Positions 36,571-38,701 of a stretch of 38,701 nt of DNA are shown here, piece after piece. Below the pieces are notes generated by a model. That model saw only the letters and a list, made by a program, of their open reading frames with translations, was not told the DNA's origin and did no database searches. Source of the stretch: Candidatus Falkowbacteria bacterium (GTDB taxonomy: Bacteria > Patescibacteriota > Patescibacteriia > Patescibacteriales > UBA12465); NCBI GenBank assembly GCA_037134915.1, contig JBAXLJ010000004.1, positions 1 to 38,701 on the forward strand, written 5' to 3'. Position 1 is the first letter of the stretch; every line of letters starts with the position of its first letter. The translations under genes were made by a program, and so were the position numbers.

Positions 36571-37689
36571 ATGCCAAAATATCAGTATCTAATTGAAAAT
36601 AGTGATTCTAGCACTCCAGGCTCTTTAATCCTTATTTTAAGGCCTAAAAGTGCTCAGGATGTCTTTAATTTTAAGCCGGGCCAATACGCCATGCTGTCTT
36701 TTTATAATCAAAAAGGTAAGTTTTTTATTAACCATCCTTTTTCAATTGCCAGCTCGCCTAATCAAAATGGTTTTTTAATGTTTGGTATTAAAATTTTAGG
36801 TAATTTCACTCAGAATATACAAAAATTAACGGTCGGTAGTCAAGTTGATGTGATGGGACCGTTTGGTGATTTTGTTTTTGAAGAACAAAAACATCAAGAA
36901 GCGGTTTTTTTAGCCGGCGGCGTGGGGATTACGCCTTTTATTAGTGCGAGTGAATATGCAACCTATCGCCATTTAAGTAATCGCCTAACTTTGCTTTATA
37001 GCTGCCGAACTGTTAAAGAGGCCCTGTTCTATGATTATATTAAAAAATTAGCCGGTGCTAATTCTAATTTTACAGCCAAATTAAAAATTACTCAGGAGAC
37101 CCTAAATAGTAATTTTGAATATTGTGAGAATGGTTATATAACCCCTGAAGTCATTTTAGAAAACGTCGGTTCAGTGGTTGGAAAAGATTTTTTTATCTGT
37201 GGCCCTGGCGCCTTTATGACCGCGATGGAAACCAATCTCTTGTCTTTGGGTGTTTCTCGGCAGAAAATACATCAAGAAGCCTTTAGCGTGGTGCCTAATT
37301 TATCGTTTAGAAAAAATTTCAAGAATATATTTCTGGTTTATGGTTTAGCGGTTATTTTATTTCTATTTTTTCTAAGCTTTATTAGAGTCAGTGCTACGGT
37401 CACCGCCAAGAAAACTTCGGACGATACGGTAGATATCGAAGAAAGTGAGGCTACCTCGACTAAGAGTGAGGTCTCCAGTAAAAAAGTGGAATCAAAAATC
37501 ACTACACCAAAAACAAACAATTTAAGGAAAACTACTGTGCCAGTTACTCCTAAGATTGTTGCGCCTCAGGCAACTGTTCCGGCTGTTGTCACGCCGACGG
37601 TGTCGCTTCCGACAGTCGTTGTTCCGCCTGTTAGCCAACCGATTTATACTCCGGCACCGGCGCCTACCCCCAGAACCAGAACCTCCTAA
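36571..37689 (+). CDS. FNR-like FAD/NAD(P)H oxidoreductase with C-terminal TM helix and Pro/Thr-rich tail
   Basis: FKPGQY, HPFSIAS, GPFGDF, AGGVGITPF, FICGP and EAF; TM helix; tail ends ...PTPRTRTS. Confidence 0.88.
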   Translation: MPKYQYLIENSDSSTPGSLILILRPKSAQDVFNFKPGQYAMLSFYNQKGKFFINHPFSIASSPNQNGFLMFGIKILGNFTQNIQKLTVGSQVDVMGPFGDFVFEEQKHQEAVFLAGGVGITPFISASEYATYRHLSNRLTLLYSCRTVKEALFYDYIKKLAGANSNFTAKLKITQETLNSNFEYCENGYITPEVILENVGSVVGKDFFICGPGAFMTAMETNLLSLGVSRQKIHQEAFSVVPNLSFRKNFKNIFLVYGLAVILFLFFLSFIRVSATVTAKKTSDDTVDIEESEATSTKSEVSSKKVESKITTPKTNNLRKTTVPVTPKIVAPQATVPAVVTPTVSLPTVVVPPVSQPIYTPAPAPTPRTRTS

Positions 37690-37692
37690 GAT

Positions 37693-38631
37693 ATGATAAC
37701 TTATAAAAAAATTAAAGCTCTCGGAACAGAAATTGAATTTTGTTTGCAATCAAATATCAACCGTAATTTCGAATATGATTTAAAAGAGCTGGAATTTTTT
37801 ATTGTTAATTTTGAAAAAAGATTTAGTCGTTTTTTAACTAGCAGTGAACTTAGTCTTTTAAATCGAGCCGGCGGCGCCTTTAAGGCCAGCTCAGAACTTA
37901 TTGATCTATTATCACTGGCTCAAGATTTTTATAAAACTACTAAAGGAATTTTTGACCCGACGATTCTTAAAACTCTGGAAAAAAAGGGCTATGACAAAAG
38001 TTTTGATTCAGCCGACTTTAATCATGATATAATTAAAGAGGATAAATATTTAGGAGTCATTGATTTTAGTCAGGTCGAAATTGACTTAGCGCACAAACTA
38101 ATTACTTTGCCATCAGGACTAGCCATAGATTTAGGAGGAATCGGTAAAGGCTATTTAGTCGATTTATTAGTCACTAAGATAAAGGCCAAAGGCTATCGTG
38201 ATTTTTGGATTTCTGCTGGCGGTGATATGTATTTATCAGGCTTAAATCAGGACCAAAAGCCTTATCAAGTCGCCGTTCAAAACCCTAAAAAATTAGCTGA
38301 AGATATCTTCAATCTAACTATTATCAATCGGGAGCTGGCAGTGGCCACTTCGGGAGTCGCTAAGAGGCAATGGTTAAATAATGGTAAACAATATAACCAT
38401 ATTATAGATCCGCGAACCGGCCTGTCAGTTGATAATAATCTATTAGCGGTAACGGTGGTATCAGACCAAGCAGTTAAAGCGGATATTTATGCTAAGACAA
38501 TTTTAATTTTAGGCGTAGAGCAAGGTTTAGCTTTTATTAATAGGCAAGCCAATTCGGAAGCTTTAATTATCGGTAGTAATCTGGAACTTAGTTTATCAAA
38601 AAACATGAATAATTATTTAACAAAAATCTAA
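37693..38631 (+). CDS. apbE: FAD:protein FMN transferase (ApbE family)
   Basis: LGT, FSRF..SELS, FDPT, DLGGIGKG, AGGD, ATSG, HIIDPRTG and AD motifs. Confidence 0.93.
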   Translation: MITYKKIKALGTEIEFCLQSNINRNFEYDLKELEFFIVNFEKRFSRFLTSSELSLLNRAGGAFKASSELIDLLSLAQDFYKTTKGIFDPTILKTLEKKGYDKSFDSADFNHDIIKEDKYLGVIDFSQVEIDLAHKLITLPSGLAIDLGGIGKGYLVDLLVTKIKAKGYRDFWISAGGDMYLSGLNQDQKPYQVAVQNPKKLAEDIFNLTIINRELAVATSGVAKRQWLNNGKQYNHIIDPRTGLSVDNNLLAVTVVSDQAVKADIYAKTILILGVEQGLAFINRQANSEALIIGSNLELSLSKNMNNYLTKI

Positions 38632-38701
38632 TGTCTAAAGCTATTAAAGTTTTAATTACCTGTGGACTTTTTATCCTCGCCTTGTTCATCTTTTTTTGGG
38701 C
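38631..38701 (+). CDS. Start of a membrane/exported protein, 3'-truncated
   Basis: ATG overlaps the apbE stop (TAATG); MSKAIKVLITCGLFILALFIFFW... Confidence 0.6.
   Translation, partial: MSKAIKVLITCGLFILALFIFFW

Overview
AT-rich bacterial chromosome segment. The gene set and style suggest Patescibacteria/CPR, Parcubacteria-like (inference, not tested). 1-24.3 kb is mostly core and envelope genes: Cys-rich and TSP3-repeat surface proteins, clpP, secDF, an O-antigen-ligase-like protein, prepilin peptidase, ftsA-ftsZ, nrdR-nrdD(split)-nrdG, a VirD4/TraD-like ATPase, a DEDDh exonuclease, GT2, tRNA-Gly/Thr, an RlpA-DD-carboxypeptidase fusion and ftsEX. The main finding lies directly behind tRNA-Gln(UUG) (24405-24475): an ~8.2 kb array of ten co-oriented, mostly single-gene cassettes. 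They are separated by nine ~28-bp direct repeats (consensus GTTCCAATCTTATCCCRGTCTCCGAGCA) resembling the tRNA's own 3' end. Each repeat is followed by a hairpin/T-tract that usually also forms a sigma70 promoter, and most cassettes end in their own terminator. No integrase is present in the window. This looks like an integron-analogous, tRNA-anchored gene-capture array. Further right are an orphan SAM-I riboswitch facing a convergent gene and an FNR-like/ApbE flavinylation module. All calls come from reading the sequence; no database searches were run.
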